Assembly (NCBI GenBank): GCA_018399355.1
Contig: JAGYOA010000003.1
Span: 1-35,094 of the forward strand
DNA from: Candidatus Woesearchaeota archaeon
Lineage (GTDB): Archaea > Nanobdellota > Nanobdellia > Woesearchaeales > CG1-02-33-12
DNA length: 35,094 nucleotides
Direction of reading: 5' to 3'
The position numbers and the translations under genes are program-made. A model generated the notes under the pieces. It was given only the letters and a program-made list of their open reading frames with translations, was not told the origin of the DNA and did no database searches. Below, one piece after another: positions 8,451 to 18,255 of the stretch (position 1 is its first letter; the number at the start of each line of letters is the position of its first letter).

Positions 8451-9316
8451 AAAAAGATTATTCAATTGATGCAGTTTTGCTGGCAGGGAAAAGCGATAAT
8501 TATGACTTAGGAGTTGAATACAAACCTCTTCTTGAAATAAATAAAAAACCAATGATTAAGTATGTTGTTGATGCACTTTATAATTCTAACTATGTTGATA
8601 ATATTCACATTGGAGGAGAAAAAGAATTAAATAATGTTTTTGGAAACTATAATTCAAGGGTTTCTGTTTTAGAATCAAAGGAAAATATTGTTGATAATAT
8701 AATGATGCTTACGGAAAAAGCAGATAGTAAAAATGTTTTTATAATAACTTCTGACCTCCCTCTTGCAACAAACAAAAACATTGATAATTTCATTGAAAAA
8801 TGCACAAATGAATCTTATTTTGATTTTTGCATTTCATACTTTCTTAGAGATGAAAATTATTACAAAGAATTCAAAGAAGTTAAAAAAAGCTCTTCTTTAA
8901 AAATTCCCTTATTAAAAAATATACCTGGAATTAAAAATGGATGTGTGTTTATGGCAAACAGGGAATCCCTCCTTAAATTAAAAGAGGATGAAAAGATTTT
9001 AGAAATAATGAACTCTCTTTACAGTGATAGGAAAGGAAAACCTTATGAATATGTCAAAAAAGGTATAGAAAAAATTGGAATAAGAAAAAAGCTTTTAATC
9101 TATACTATTTTAAAAGGACTTATAAAATCCCCTTTTCATATAGGTGGCTCAAACTTGTTTTCAATTTTAAAAAAAGATTTAGGAAACCTTATAGAAAGAA
9201 AAACAGGTTATTCTTTCTTAATCAGGCAGTGTCATTCAAATCTTGGGGTAGATGTAGACAGTTTAAGTGAAGCAAAAGAGATTGAAAAAATATTAAAGAA
9301 AGAAAATAAAAGTTAA
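8447..9316 (+). CDS. MobA-like nucleotidyltransferase family protein
   Basis: AVLLAG, KPLLEINKKPMIKYVVDAL, SDLPL, C-terminal DVD; ATGA overlap with amrS. Confidence 0.75.
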   Translation: MKKDYSIDAVLLAGKSDNYDLGVEYKPLLEINKKPMIKYVVDALYNSNYVDNIHIGGEKELNNVFGNYNSRVSVLESKENIVDNIMMLTEKADSKNVFIITSDLPLATNKNIDNFIEKCTNESYFDFCISYFLRDENYYKEFKEVKKSSSLKIPLLKNIPGIKNGCVFMANRESLLKLKEDEKILEIMNSLYSDRKGKPYEYVKKGIEKIGIRKKLLIYTILKGLIKSPFHIGGSNLFSILKKDLGNLIERKTGYSFLIRQCHSNLGVDVDSLSEAKEIEKILKKENKS

Positions 9317-11865
9317 GCAGAGTGCCTCTTCCTTATCTCCTTCTCCTTTAGCTCGTTTAAAAGTTCTTTTCTCTTGCTGTAGTTGTTATACAGGTCAACC
9401 ATCCTGTTGTAGTTTGCAGTCAAATATGGATTCCTTTCAACAGTTGGTATTATACCAGGTCTGTTGGTTATCTCCTCCATCTTTCTCTGGAATTCTTCCT
9501 CTATTTCAACTATATCCTTCTGGGTTTTTCTCCTTGTTTCAATCTGCTCTTCGTAATAGCTGTATATATCAACAAGCCTGTTATAGACCCCAGCTATCTT
9601 TCTGCCTGATTTTATAACAGTCATTATATGCTTGTCATTTGCAAGCTCCCTCATCTCAAACATGAAATCATTTATCAAATCAAGCTCTTTATTTTTGTCT
9701 GTTTTTTTCCTTTCAATATGTTTTTTTAATTTTTTCAGGCTTTCCATAACATCCTTGAATTCAAAATAGTTTCTTGAGAGATTGATGAAAATTAATTTAG
9801 ATAATATATTTTTAATCCTTGCAATCTGCTGGTTATCTGTTTTAACATCAGAAAGTATTATTTTTCTCTTTTCCACGCTCCTCCTTATTATAGAGTATAT
9901 TTCTCTTGCCGCTTTTGATATTTTTTCATCAAGTTTTGAGTTGCTTATGTCATTGTAAAGATTGATTCCTAACTTTAGCTCCATATTCTTTAATGATTCT
10001 TCCTGGACTTTCACTATGCTTTCTGTGTTTCTCTTGTCCATTTCCATCATTTTCCTTTCCACTCTCCTCTTCCTGAATTCATCATAAGTCCACTTGCTGT
10101 TGAGATAGCTAAGTCCTGCAACTGCTATTGCAGTTATGACTGGAATCCAGAAGTAAAAAAGCCAGTAGAGGTTTTTGCACTGGTTGAGGTAGATGTAAAG
10201 GGAGATTATTATTATGACAGAGCATAGAGCAACTGAGACAGCATAAATCCTACGCCTTATTTTTTTGTATTTAATCATTAATTTCCTGTATTCCCTGAGC
10301 TCTTTCTTTGTTATTTTCTTTATGTAAACATGGTCTCCTGCTGTTGTCATAAACATTACTACTGAAACCAATAAAAGTAAAACCCATGGGTATTTTGCTA
10401 TACAGAAAGGACCTTCAAAAAGAGGAACTTCTGCATGTTTTTTTATCTCACATGGCTCACACGGCCCACCACAATCAATCCCTTCCTCACAAGAGCCGTC
10501 ATGGCAGTTCTGTATTCCATCATAGCAGCTTGGAGGTACAGCACATGGCTCACACGGCCCACCACAATCAATCCCTTCCTCACAAGAGCCGTCATGGCAG
10601 TTCTGTATTCCGTCATCACATGTTCCAATATAAGTGCATTCCCTTTTTTCTTCTGGCTTGTCTTCTGTTGTTCCGCACTTGTTTACGTCAATACATGTCC
10701 TGTATTGGAATCCTTCCGGCTTGCATTCTGACCATGCAGTGCACTCCCACTTTTCGTGGCATACACTTGGATAGGTTCTTTTTTTGTATTGAGTTTCTTC
10801 CTCACTGCCAGCATCTTCTTCACCTTCATCTCCTGTAGATGGTTTTGTAGGCGGTTGAGGGCATGGCCCGCAGTCCTCAGGGCAGTTATTGCAGTTTTCA
10901 TCTATCCCGCAGACTCCATCACCGCAATACGGGCCCCGAACAATCCTGAAATGTATAACCTCCCAGTCCCAGTAAAACCCGTCTGTAACAGAAATATTTA
11001 TAGAATAATTTCCGACCTGGCTTACCTGCGGAGTGAAGTTTATTATTGCGCTTCTATTGTTTATGTTCTCAATTTCAAAAAGAGAGGTATTTGCATAAAA
11101 GGTTAGGTTGTCATTGATATCATTATCAGTTGCATTTATGTATAATGTGAAACTCTCATCTGTTACAGCTATTTGGTTTCCTATTGAGGATAACACAGGG
11201 GCGTTATTCACATCGTAAACAGTTATGTTCAATATTCCCGAGGTATTTAATCTTCCATCACTCACTGTTATATTAACTGAATGATTTCCGACGTGCTCAT
11301 CTCTTGGAGTCCAGTTAATCAGGCCATTGTTTAGGATTATATTAAACATGGATGTGTTGTCATAATATGTTAGGTTATCCCAATAGTTCAAATCAGAGGC
11401 ATTTATATCATAAATGAATATGAAGGTTTCATTAATATATTGGTGTGTTAGGTTATGTAGAAAATAAGGAGGAAAGTTTTGGGCAGATAAGTTAACCTCA
11501 TTAAATGTTCCTTCTCCCCATGTATTATTTCCAAACATAACAGCCCTTTCATTATTAATAAAGAAAAACAGACTTTCATTTGCTTCTGCGCCCTCATCAA
11601 CATTATTTGTTTCATTATCTTCTCCCTTGCATGAGACAAGGCCATAATACCCTTCTTCCACTATTGTAAAGCTTCCGCACAAAACATTATCTGAATCATA
11701 CACTGTTACATTCATTCCAGCAGAGGCATTTGTCCAGTTAACAGATGCAGCGCCGTAAAATTCTGCTGCAATAGGAGGAAATGAGGATACTAATGGAAGG
11801 TTAAATAAAACAAGTAAAACTAGGATGATGAGTTCACCTTTCCATTTTTTTTGCTTTTTTTTCAT
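9313..11865 (-). CDS. Large cell-surface membrane protein: signal peptide, Ig/cadherin-like domains, Cys-rich repeats, ~3 TM helices, long cytoplasmic helical tail
   Basis: Start MKKKQKK at 11865 (ATGA overlap with upstream stop) preferred over TTG 11904; NFPP/DVNNAPVL cadherin-like linkers; CGDGVC..ENC..CPEDC; WECTAWSEC; 2x CxDGIQNC..EEGIDCGGPC; many NxT/S sequons. Confidence 0.85.
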   Translation of the reverse strand: MKKKQKKWKGELIILVLLVLFNLPLVSSFPPIAAEFYGAASVNWTNASAGMNVTVYDSDNVLCGSFTIVEEGYYGLVSCKGEDNETNNVDEGAEANESLFFFINNERAVMFGNNTWGEGTFNEVNLSAQNFPPYFLHNLTHQYINETFIFIYDINASDLNYWDNLTYYDNTSMFNIILNNGLINWTPRDEHVGNHSVNITVSDGRLNTSGILNITVYDVNNAPVLSSIGNQIAVTDESFTLYINATDNDINDNLTFYANTSLFEIENINNRSAIINFTPQVSQVGNYSINISVTDGFYWDWEVIHFRIVRGPYCGDGVCGIDENCNNCPEDCGPCPQPPTKPSTGDEGEEDAGSEEETQYKKRTYPSVCHEKWECTAWSECKPEGFQYRTCIDVNKCGTTEDKPEEKRECTYIGTCDDGIQNCHDGSCEEGIDCGGPCEPCAVPPSCYDGIQNCHDGSCEEGIDCGGPCEPCEIKKHAEVPLFEGPFCIAKYPWVLLLLVSVVMFMTTAGDHVYIKKITKKELREYRKLMIKYKKIRRRIYAVSVALCSVIIIISLYIYLNQCKNLYWLFYFWIPVITAIAVAGLSYLNSKWTYDEFRKRRVERKMMEMDKRNTESIVKVQEESLKNMELKLGINLYNDISNSKLDEKISKAAREIYSIIRRSVEKRKIILSDVKTDNQQIARIKNILSKLIFINLSRNYFEFKDVMESLKKLKKHIERKKTDKNKELDLINDFMFEMRELANDKHIMTVIKSGRKIAGVYNRLVDIYSYYEEQIETRRKTQKDIVEIEEEFQRKMEEITNRPGIIPTVERNPYLTANYNRMVDLYNNYSKRKELLNELKEKEIRKRHSA
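10449..10611. repeat. Intragenic direct repeat, 2 x 70 bp identical, 93-bp period
   Basis: cacatggctcac...tctgtattcc at 10449..10518 and 10542..10611; encodes duplicated GIQNCHDGSCEEGIDCGGPCEPC. Confidence 0.95.
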
Positions 11866-12539
11866 ATTACAAATAATAGTCCTGAGCTGCTCATTTTCAA
11901 CCAATATCCCTTGTATTTTTCCATTTCAGTTATTGTTCCATTTTCTGAAGATGCATTATAGTAATAATAAGTATCATCAGTTGTGTTGTACATCCACACA
12001 ATATCATAACTTCCACTTATTGTTTCCAATGCTTCTGTTATGTTTTTTGAGTTATTTGCAGGATAACCTATTAAGTTCCATCCCTCTGAAAGAGGTATCA
12101 TATTTGGTTGTGTTAGGGTTCCATTTATGTGAAAATTGTTTTGGTTTTTCATGTTTATCCAGTATCCTTTTAAGTCGCTTATTTCATTTAAATCATTCAC
12201 AACCCAATGCGGAAGGTCAGGATTGTATGCTTTCCATGGGTCTGTTTTATCATTTAGGTCATATCCATGGATAGAGGAATAATTTCCTTTTATGGATGAA
12301 AGAACAAAACTTACTGATTTGTTTTCAGTTGCGCAGGGATTTGATACAAGGTTCCATCCCTCAAAAAATGTTGCGCTGCAGCTGTGGTTTACAGTAAGCC
12401 CTGTAACAAAGACTTTTGTAATACTTATTGAACTTCCTATTATAGAGGGGTCTGTTATTATCTGTTTTATTGGAACTATGGTTATCAAAACTAGTAAAAC
12501 CAAAAGCACAACAATTAGTTTTGTTTTTTTGTCTTTCAT
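11862..12539 (-). CDS. Secreted/anchored protein with two GWNL...GYW repeats
   Basis: N-terminal hydrophobic segment; EGWNLVSNP...KGYWINM and EGWNLIGYP...KGYWLKM. Confidence 0.85.
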   Translation of the reverse strand: MKDKKTKLIVVLLVLLVLITIVPIKQIITDPSIIGSSISITKVFVTGLTVNHSCSATFFEGWNLVSNPCATENKSVSFVLSSIKGNYSSIHGYDLNDKTDPWKAYNPDLPHWVVNDLNEISDLKGYWINMKNQNNFHINGTLTQPNMIPLSEGWNLIGYPANNSKNITEALETISGSYDIVWMYNTTDDTYYYYNASSENGTITEMEKYKGYWLKMSSSGLLFVI

Positions 12540-12540
12540 C

Positions 12541-15090
12541 TTATGTCAGCTCCACATAAAAGTAATATGGTGTTGAACTTGTCCATGTTGGCGCTCCATT
12601 TTCCGGCACAATCATCTGGAAGTCAAACTGGTTATTGTTATATCCTGCAAGGTCCTGTTCGAGTATTGTTGCATAGACTATATCTCCATTTGAATGGTCT
12701 GTTCCGTCATAGAGTATTATCTCTTCAAAATCAGAGTCTTGTGATTCATTATTCACATTTGTATGGATCGAATAACATTGGTCTGTGTTTATTTTTATGC
12801 TTCCTATATACACCTCTTCATGGTTTTTAACATTGAAGGTTGCGGTTATGTTGTCATCTGGATTTGATGTATGGCTTAATGCAACCTCTTCATTATACAT
12901 ATGGGTTTCATTAGAGCAATTTATGCTCCCCCATGACACTGCTGTAGAGCTTCTTGTCGCATAAACCTCTCCTAAAACAGTGCTTAGTGTCCAGTCATAA
13001 ACAGAGTAATTATATGAATCTGCAAGAGTAAGCTTGCCTGAAACATTTCCAACAAATGCCTTCCATTTAAGGTTTTGCGCAGTCATATTGAGTTCCATTG
13101 TTGTTATTGAGCCGCCATTATTTGTCACATTAAATTCTGAAGGAATCAATTCAATAAAATCAAATGTTTCAGCCCCATTATATGATATAATCCTTATAGA
13201 TGAATCAAAATCACCAATCCATGGGTCTGTTGTTGCAGGAATATCTCTTAAGATGTCAAACTCATAATAATCTTTTACAATGAAATAAGAGCCCATTGTG
13301 CTGTTTACATCATCAGATAATGCGCTTACAAACAAGGAGTAATTTCCTTCTGCATTTGTTTCAGAATAAGATGCTTCATAAATCCCTTCTTCGGTTTCAA
13401 CTATTGTTTGTTCTGAAGTTGAGTAATGTGATGTTTCATTTGATGGGCTTGTAATTATCAACCCAACATCTGCATCAGTAACAAGCCTGCCCAATTTGTC
13501 CAAAACAACCATTATAATTTCTGCTTCCTCGCCTGGATGATAAATTGACTTTCTTGTGTTTACTGTTGCAACACCTATCTCAAACAACTGCTCTGAAAGC
13601 ATTGGCACATTCCATTCAACTTTGTCATAAAGGCCATTATTATCTGAGTCTATAAACTTAACATCATAATCAGGATTCTCTGTTACATCAATTTTTGAGT
13701 TGTTAATGAGATGATAAATCCTCAAATTTTCAATTCCCTCTGGTATATCCGAATAAGATTTTATATTATAATAGTGGAAAGAAACATCAGAGTGAATCTT
13801 TATTCTTTTTATTGCATTTCCATTCACATTGAAAATCTCATCTTTTATTGGCGCAGGGGTTTCATATTCAATATTATACTCTGTTTTGCTTTTATTTACT
13901 TTGTCTTTGATTACAAAATTCTTTTTGCTTTTACTTGTTCCACTAAATTCAAACAATGGCCCATCTTCAGAACGTCCAAGACTTAAAAGCGCACTTAATA
14001 TTCCTGTTCTTTTTTCATTTATCTCTTTATCATCTTTCTTTACAACAATATTTTCTGCTTTCTCAGGAACATCAAAATCAAGATTAACATCTCTTGATTC
14101 ATTTGCAAAATTTTCCAGGTTTATCTTTTTAGTCCACTTAACCGGTTTTCCAATCTCTGCATATCCTTGTTTTAAATTTTCAGTAGCATAAATGCTTTCA
14201 TTGTTTGAAGGCAGAACTGTCATAAAACTATTATTTGAGCTTGGCATCAAAATAATAGTTTCATTCCACTTTTGTATTTTAATTCCATCAAACCTAATAT
14301 CAACAGAATAATTCCCAGGGCTTAAATCAGATGTATCAATTTCAAATAATGCTTCACCATTTTCATCAGTTGTTCTTGTTTCAAAAAGATTATTGTTTAG
14401 ATACAAACTTATGTTCATAAGACTAATAGCACTATCATTAACATATTGAAGTGTTGAATAAACATTTTGAATTTCTCCTTTTGAAATCTCATTTTGCTCA
14501 ATATAATTAGTTATTCTTGTTCCTACACTTATTCCTTTCCTGAAAGCTGCATCAAGAGAGCTTATCTTGCTGTAATAAACCTTTGAGTAAGGATTTTCCT
14601 CCTTTAAACTATAATCAACATGAATAACCTGCGCACTTACTTCATTGTTGTTTGTTGCCCCGTATTTTCCATAATAAATGTAAAAGATATCATCCCACTT
14701 AGATGATGATGGACTCATTTCAATGAAATTGCAGCATTTTTCAGCCCCATAACATAAAGTCAAGGAGCTTTCATTTTCAATAGAATAAACATTCCATCTT
14801 GTGCAAAGATTGCTTTCATTCAATGACTCATCTATTTCTGTATTTTCAACATTAAAATCAACAATGCCATCTAATTTTTCAATTCCATCATTATCAGAAT
14901 CATAAGATGAATTTTTGTTGTACTCAATGTTTATCTTTATTTTACTTTGGTTTATATTATTCCCTATAATGCTGTCTGAAGCAAATATAAAAGGAATTAT
15001 AATTATTGATGAAACAAGGAGGAACATAATTAATGAGTTGTTTATCTTACCTAATCTTTTTCCCATTCCTCTTTTTATTTTAAGACTCAT
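12541..15090 (-). CDS. Large secreted beta-rich multidomain protein
   Basis: 849 aa; signal/TM segment, Ig-like stretches, D/N-rich loops (YDSDNDG, IDSDNNGLYD), distinct ~190-aa C-terminal domain ending YYFYVELT; ATGA overlap with upstream HTH gene. Confidence 0.85.
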   Translation of the reverse strand: MSLKIKRGMGKRLGKINNSLIMFLLVSSIIIIPFIFASDSIIGNNINQSKIKINIEYNKNSSYDSDNDGIEKLDGIVDFNVENTEIDESLNESNLCTRWNVYSIENESSLTLCYGAEKCCNFIEMSPSSSKWDDIFYIYYGKYGATNNNEVSAQVIHVDYSLKEENPYSKVYYSKISSLDAAFRKGISVGTRITNYIEQNEISKGEIQNVYSTLQYVNDSAISLMNISLYLNNNLFETRTTDENGEALFEIDTSDLSPGNYSVDIRFDGIKIQKWNETIILMPSSNNSFMTVLPSNNESIYATENLKQGYAEIGKPVKWTKKINLENFANESRDVNLDFDVPEKAENIVVKKDDKEINEKRTGILSALLSLGRSEDGPLFEFSGTSKSKKNFVIKDKVNKSKTEYNIEYETPAPIKDEIFNVNGNAIKRIKIHSDVSFHYYNIKSYSDIPEGIENLRIYHLINNSKIDVTENPDYDVKFIDSDNNGLYDKVEWNVPMLSEQLFEIGVATVNTRKSIYHPGEEAEIIMVVLDKLGRLVTDADVGLIITSPSNETSHYSTSEQTIVETEEGIYEASYSETNAEGNYSLFVSALSDDVNSTMGSYFIVKDYYEFDILRDIPATTDPWIGDFDSSIRIISYNGAETFDFIELIPSEFNVTNNGGSITTMELNMTAQNLKWKAFVGNVSGKLTLADSYNYSVYDWTLSTVLGEVYATRSSTAVSWGSINCSNETHMYNEEVALSHTSNPDDNITATFNVKNHEEVYIGSIKINTDQCYSIHTNVNNESQDSDFEEIILYDGTDHSNGDIVYATILEQDLAGYNNNQFDFQMIVPENGAPTWTSSTPYYFYVELT

Positions 15091-15608
15091 TTTATTTTCA
15101 TCAGTTTTTCATTTGCTCTTTTGTATGATGTCCATACAGTCCTTTCATTCCTGTTAAGAATATCGGCAATCTCATGGTTTCTCATACTTTCATTCTCTTT
15201 CAGATGTTTTGTAAGCGCTTCCAATAATCCAATATCACGGTTTGCAAACACAGAAACAGGAATATCTTTTGGGTTGTCTTTTAAAATAAAGCTGCCTTTG
15301 AACTTTTTCCTTGCATTATTGTAGCTCGCCCATATGATGCGGTCATCCCTGTTTAAAAGCAAGGCAATCTCATGGTAGCTAAGATTAAGCTTATCCTTAA
15401 GGTAGATAGTTAATGATTCAAGAATTCCAAGAGTTCTTTTTTTGAATATACAGCACGGAACATTTATTTTAGTTCCATTTTCTTTTTCCTTAAGAATATC
15501 AACGAATTTTTCAAGAGAAAGGTTATTTTTTTTAAGAATTGATTTTAAGAAAACCCCGACTGCATCTACTTCTCTCTCTAACTCTTTCTCTAACACTTGC
15601 GCTTGCAT
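15087..15608 (-). CDS. Tandem HTH (sigma-70 region 4-like) DNA-binding protein
   Basis: Two similar units: LGILESLTIYLK..LSYHEIALLLNRDDRIIWASYNNA and IGLLEALTKHLK..MRNHEIADILNRNERTVWTSYKRA. Confidence 0.8.
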   Translation of the reverse strand: MQAQVLEKELEREVDAVGVFLKSILKKNNLSLEKFVDILKEKENGTKINVPCCIFKKRTLGILESLTIYLKDKLNLSYHEIALLLNRDDRIIWASYNNARKKFKGSFILKDNPKDIPVSVFANRDIGLLEALTKHLKENESMRNHEIADILNRNERTVWTSYKRANEKLMKIK

Positions 15609-15665
15609 TAAATCCCTCTTTTTTTAAATTCCCTGTACTTCTATGAATAATTCTTAAGATTATTC

Positions 15666-15708
15666 TATTTAAATCTTTCTGTTTTATTACATATCTTGTA
15701 GGATAAAA
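15666..15708 (-). promoter_or_regulatory. BRE-TATA promoter of tandem-HTH operon with imperfect inverted repeat directly upstream
   Basis: Minus strand AGAAAGA-TTTAAATA (15680..15666); plus strand ttttattaca-N5-tgtaggataaaa (15682..15708). Confidence 0.55.
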
Positions 15709-15765
15709 TACATATTGTGTAAGATTTATAACCTATTCAGTAAGAAAAAAAGAATTAAAATATGA

Positions 15766-18255
15766 TTAAAACTGCCTTCCCATTCTTTTTTGCAGCTCAA
15801 TACATTTGTTAAATACAAGGGCCTTTTCATTCTTCGGAAGGTTCTTGTAAAGGAATTCTATTCTTGGGTAAAGGCGTTTTGCCTCTTCCATTTCATTGTT
15901 GTTCAGGTGGTTATGCCCCCATTCAACAAGCTCTTCTATTATATCAATCTCTTTTCTTGCTATTAACCTTCCTCCAAGCTCAGCGTATTTAGAATTTATC
16001 TCTTTCATGTTTAAATTTTTCATCTGCTTATCAAAATTATAACTGGCCCTGTTAAAACTCCTGTCTGCGCTATAGCTCCTTCCTATAAAAACCTGGTAGC
16101 CAACCAGGGCCCCAATAACTAAAATGCCTACAATTATGAAAATCATATCTCTCCTTTGTATTCCAAGGCCCATATTTAATATTGAGAAACCAGTCAGCTT
16201 GCTTATATCCTGCTCAAGCTGCACAGGCCCAATCAATGCAACAGACGCGCTGTTCTTTACATCATTTATATTAACCCTTTTGTCAACAATATATTTTATT
16301 TCCTGTCCTGTAAAACCTATTTCTGCAAACCCAAATTTTATTATAGGGTCTTCCTCTACAACATTATAATTCTTTGTCAAGAAGGTTATATCTGATGAGC
16401 TCTGCGCTATGCTCTTTGGGATTATTTCATATAATATTACATCCTTTGCACTTTCTGTGCCCTTGTATGATATTGATTTTATTATGAGACTTTTTTCCTC
16501 AATCTCATTATCAATAAATTCTATTTCAATATTGTACAATGTTACCAAAACCTCAATATTCTCCTGTATTTTCATATTCTGGTTTTTGTATTTTGTTTTG
16601 TCTATTGTTTCAAATTCAGGATTCTCAAATAATTTTTCTATTGCAAGGTCAATGCTTCCCTCTCCTAAACCCTGCACATTATCGCTTTTTTGTATAACAC
16701 TCACATCTCTTGGAGTTGTCTGCCTTATCTTCTTTAGCTCAAGCTCAATTTTATCAATCTCATTATCAAGCTGTGATTCTGTCATATACCTGTCTTTTAA
16801 TCCTTCAAAGTCATTTTTTATTTTTTCAAGTTTTGATTTTGCCTGGCTTATTTTTTCATTTAGGTTTAGATATCCAACAAGCTCTTTTTCTTCTTTATTC
16901 TTAAGCATTGAGGATATTTCATCTATATCTATGAGTAAAGTTTCAACTTTTTTTATTTCATCATTCACCTTATAAACAAGGTTTGGAGGCAGCACTTTCG
17001 GCGCCTCCTCCTTGCTTTCGCTTACACTCTCTTTTTCCTTTGATGAATCCTTTACAGAGGTTGCGTAAACCTCTTCAGAAAGCTGGCCCATGTTTCCTGC
17101 CTTGTCAACAGCATTTACCTTATAATAATAAGTTGCCCTGTCTTCTGTTGAATAGTCTATGAACCTTGTTATATTTCCTGTTTCAGAATAAAAGTCAAGA
17201 TAATCAACTCCTGATGAAGTTGACCTGTAAATTCTAAAGTAATCTATGTCCTCTCCCTCATAATACCAGTTAAGCTCAATTCTTCCGTCATCCCTTGATT
17301 TTGCCTCGATATTCACTGGTTTTGGCGGCTTTTTAGTGTCAACAACAAAGATTTTTCCCTCTTTTATTGTGTTGCCTGTTACTCCATTTTCATTTCTTCC
17401 TGAGAAATAAAATGTCCCGACTTTATTATCATCTGTTTCAGTTATTATCATATATCCTTTCCATATTCCCTCATCTTCTGCTAGGGAAACAAGCCTTTTT
17501 GATCCTGGGGATGTATCAAAACTGTATTCAAGTTTTGGAGTTTCCTGCAGTTCTTCTGATGGGATAAGTGTAACCTCGATTGTCCCTGCTGTCAAAGGAG
17601 ACTCATCACTTAAAACTATTTCAGCATAAGGAGGAAGGTCAATTGTAAATGTTATTTTCTCTGACTCATTCATCTTGTATCCGTTTAAGTCCTTGCATCT
17701 TACAAAATATTCATGCGTTCCATCTGAAAGCTCTGATATTATCTGTTTATGAGTCTTCTCCCCTGTAACCTCAAATGTTTTTGGCAGATTATCATAGTTT
17801 GCGTTGCTTGTTCCATACCTGCATGTAGCATCCTCATTTGTTGTTACTTCTAATGTTACTGAATCTGAGCTAACAACACCAGAAGGATATGTTGATAATA
17901 TTTCAGGAGCAGAACTCTGAATATTTCCTGTTATCTGCTTTGTGTCCACTATTGTTCCATTTGTTGCAATCAAGTCTGCAGAAATAGTATACTCTCCTGG
18001 ATTAATCCCCTTGAAGTTTCTTGTTATTTGTTTTGATAATGTGTTTTCGAGCTGTATTATCTCATCAGAAATGTCAAGATTGGTGTAATCAATGTATAAT
18101 GTCCCGTTAAAAGGAGAACTTGAAGAGAGTGAAACTGTTAATGTTTCAGTTTCGCCCTGCATCACTAAATTTGGGGCTGACAACCCTATTGATTCTGCAT
18201 GGACTACTGGAACTATTAAGATGAGTACCAATAGGGCTGTCAGTTTAGCGTTCAT
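15766..18255 (-). CDS. Cell-surface protein: signal peptide, Ig-like and fibronectin type III domains, coiled coil, TM helix, TPR-like cytoplasmic end
   Basis: MNAKLTALLVLILIVPVVHA signal; PPKP..IELNW..YFRIYRS..YYYKVNAVDKAGN FN3 pattern; TM MIFIIVGILVIGALVGY; C-terminal EEAKRLY..IEFLYKNLP. Confidence 0.87.
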   Translation of the reverse strand: MNAKLTALLVLILIVPVVHAESIGLSAPNLVMQGETETLTVSLSSSSPFNGTLYIDYTNLDISDEIIQLENTLSKQITRNFKGINPGEYTISADLIATNGTIVDTKQITGNIQSSAPEILSTYPSGVVSSDSVTLEVTTNEDATCRYGTSNANYDNLPKTFEVTGEKTHKQIISELSDGTHEYFVRCKDLNGYKMNESEKITFTIDLPPYAEIVLSDESPLTAGTIEVTLIPSEELQETPKLEYSFDTSPGSKRLVSLAEDEGIWKGYMIITETDDNKVGTFYFSGRNENGVTGNTIKEGKIFVVDTKKPPKPVNIEAKSRDDGRIELNWYYEGEDIDYFRIYRSTSSGVDYLDFYSETGNITRFIDYSTEDRATYYYKVNAVDKAGNMGQLSEEVYATSVKDSSKEKESVSESKEEAPKVLPPNLVYKVNDEIKKVETLLIDIDEISSMLKNKEEKELVGYLNLNEKISQAKSKLEKIKNDFEGLKDRYMTESQLDNEIDKIELELKKIRQTTPRDVSVIQKSDNVQGLGEGSIDLAIEKLFENPEFETIDKTKYKNQNMKIQENIEVLVTLYNIEIEFIDNEIEEKSLIIKSISYKGTESAKDVILYEIIPKSIAQSSSDITFLTKNYNVVEEDPIIKFGFAEIGFTGQEIKYIVDKRVNINDVKNSASVALIGPVQLEQDISKLTGFSILNMGLGIQRRDMIFIIVGILVIGALVGYQVFIGRSYSADRSFNRASYNFDKQMKNLNMKEINSKYAELGGRLIARKEIDIIEELVEWGHNHLNNNEMEEAKRLYPRIEFLYKNLPKNEKALVFNKCIELQKRMGRQF

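Noticed and set aside
10449-10611. DGR template/variable repeat pair
   Set aside because: The copies are identical, adjacent and in-frame, with no adenine-specific mismatches and no reverse transcriptase in the window.
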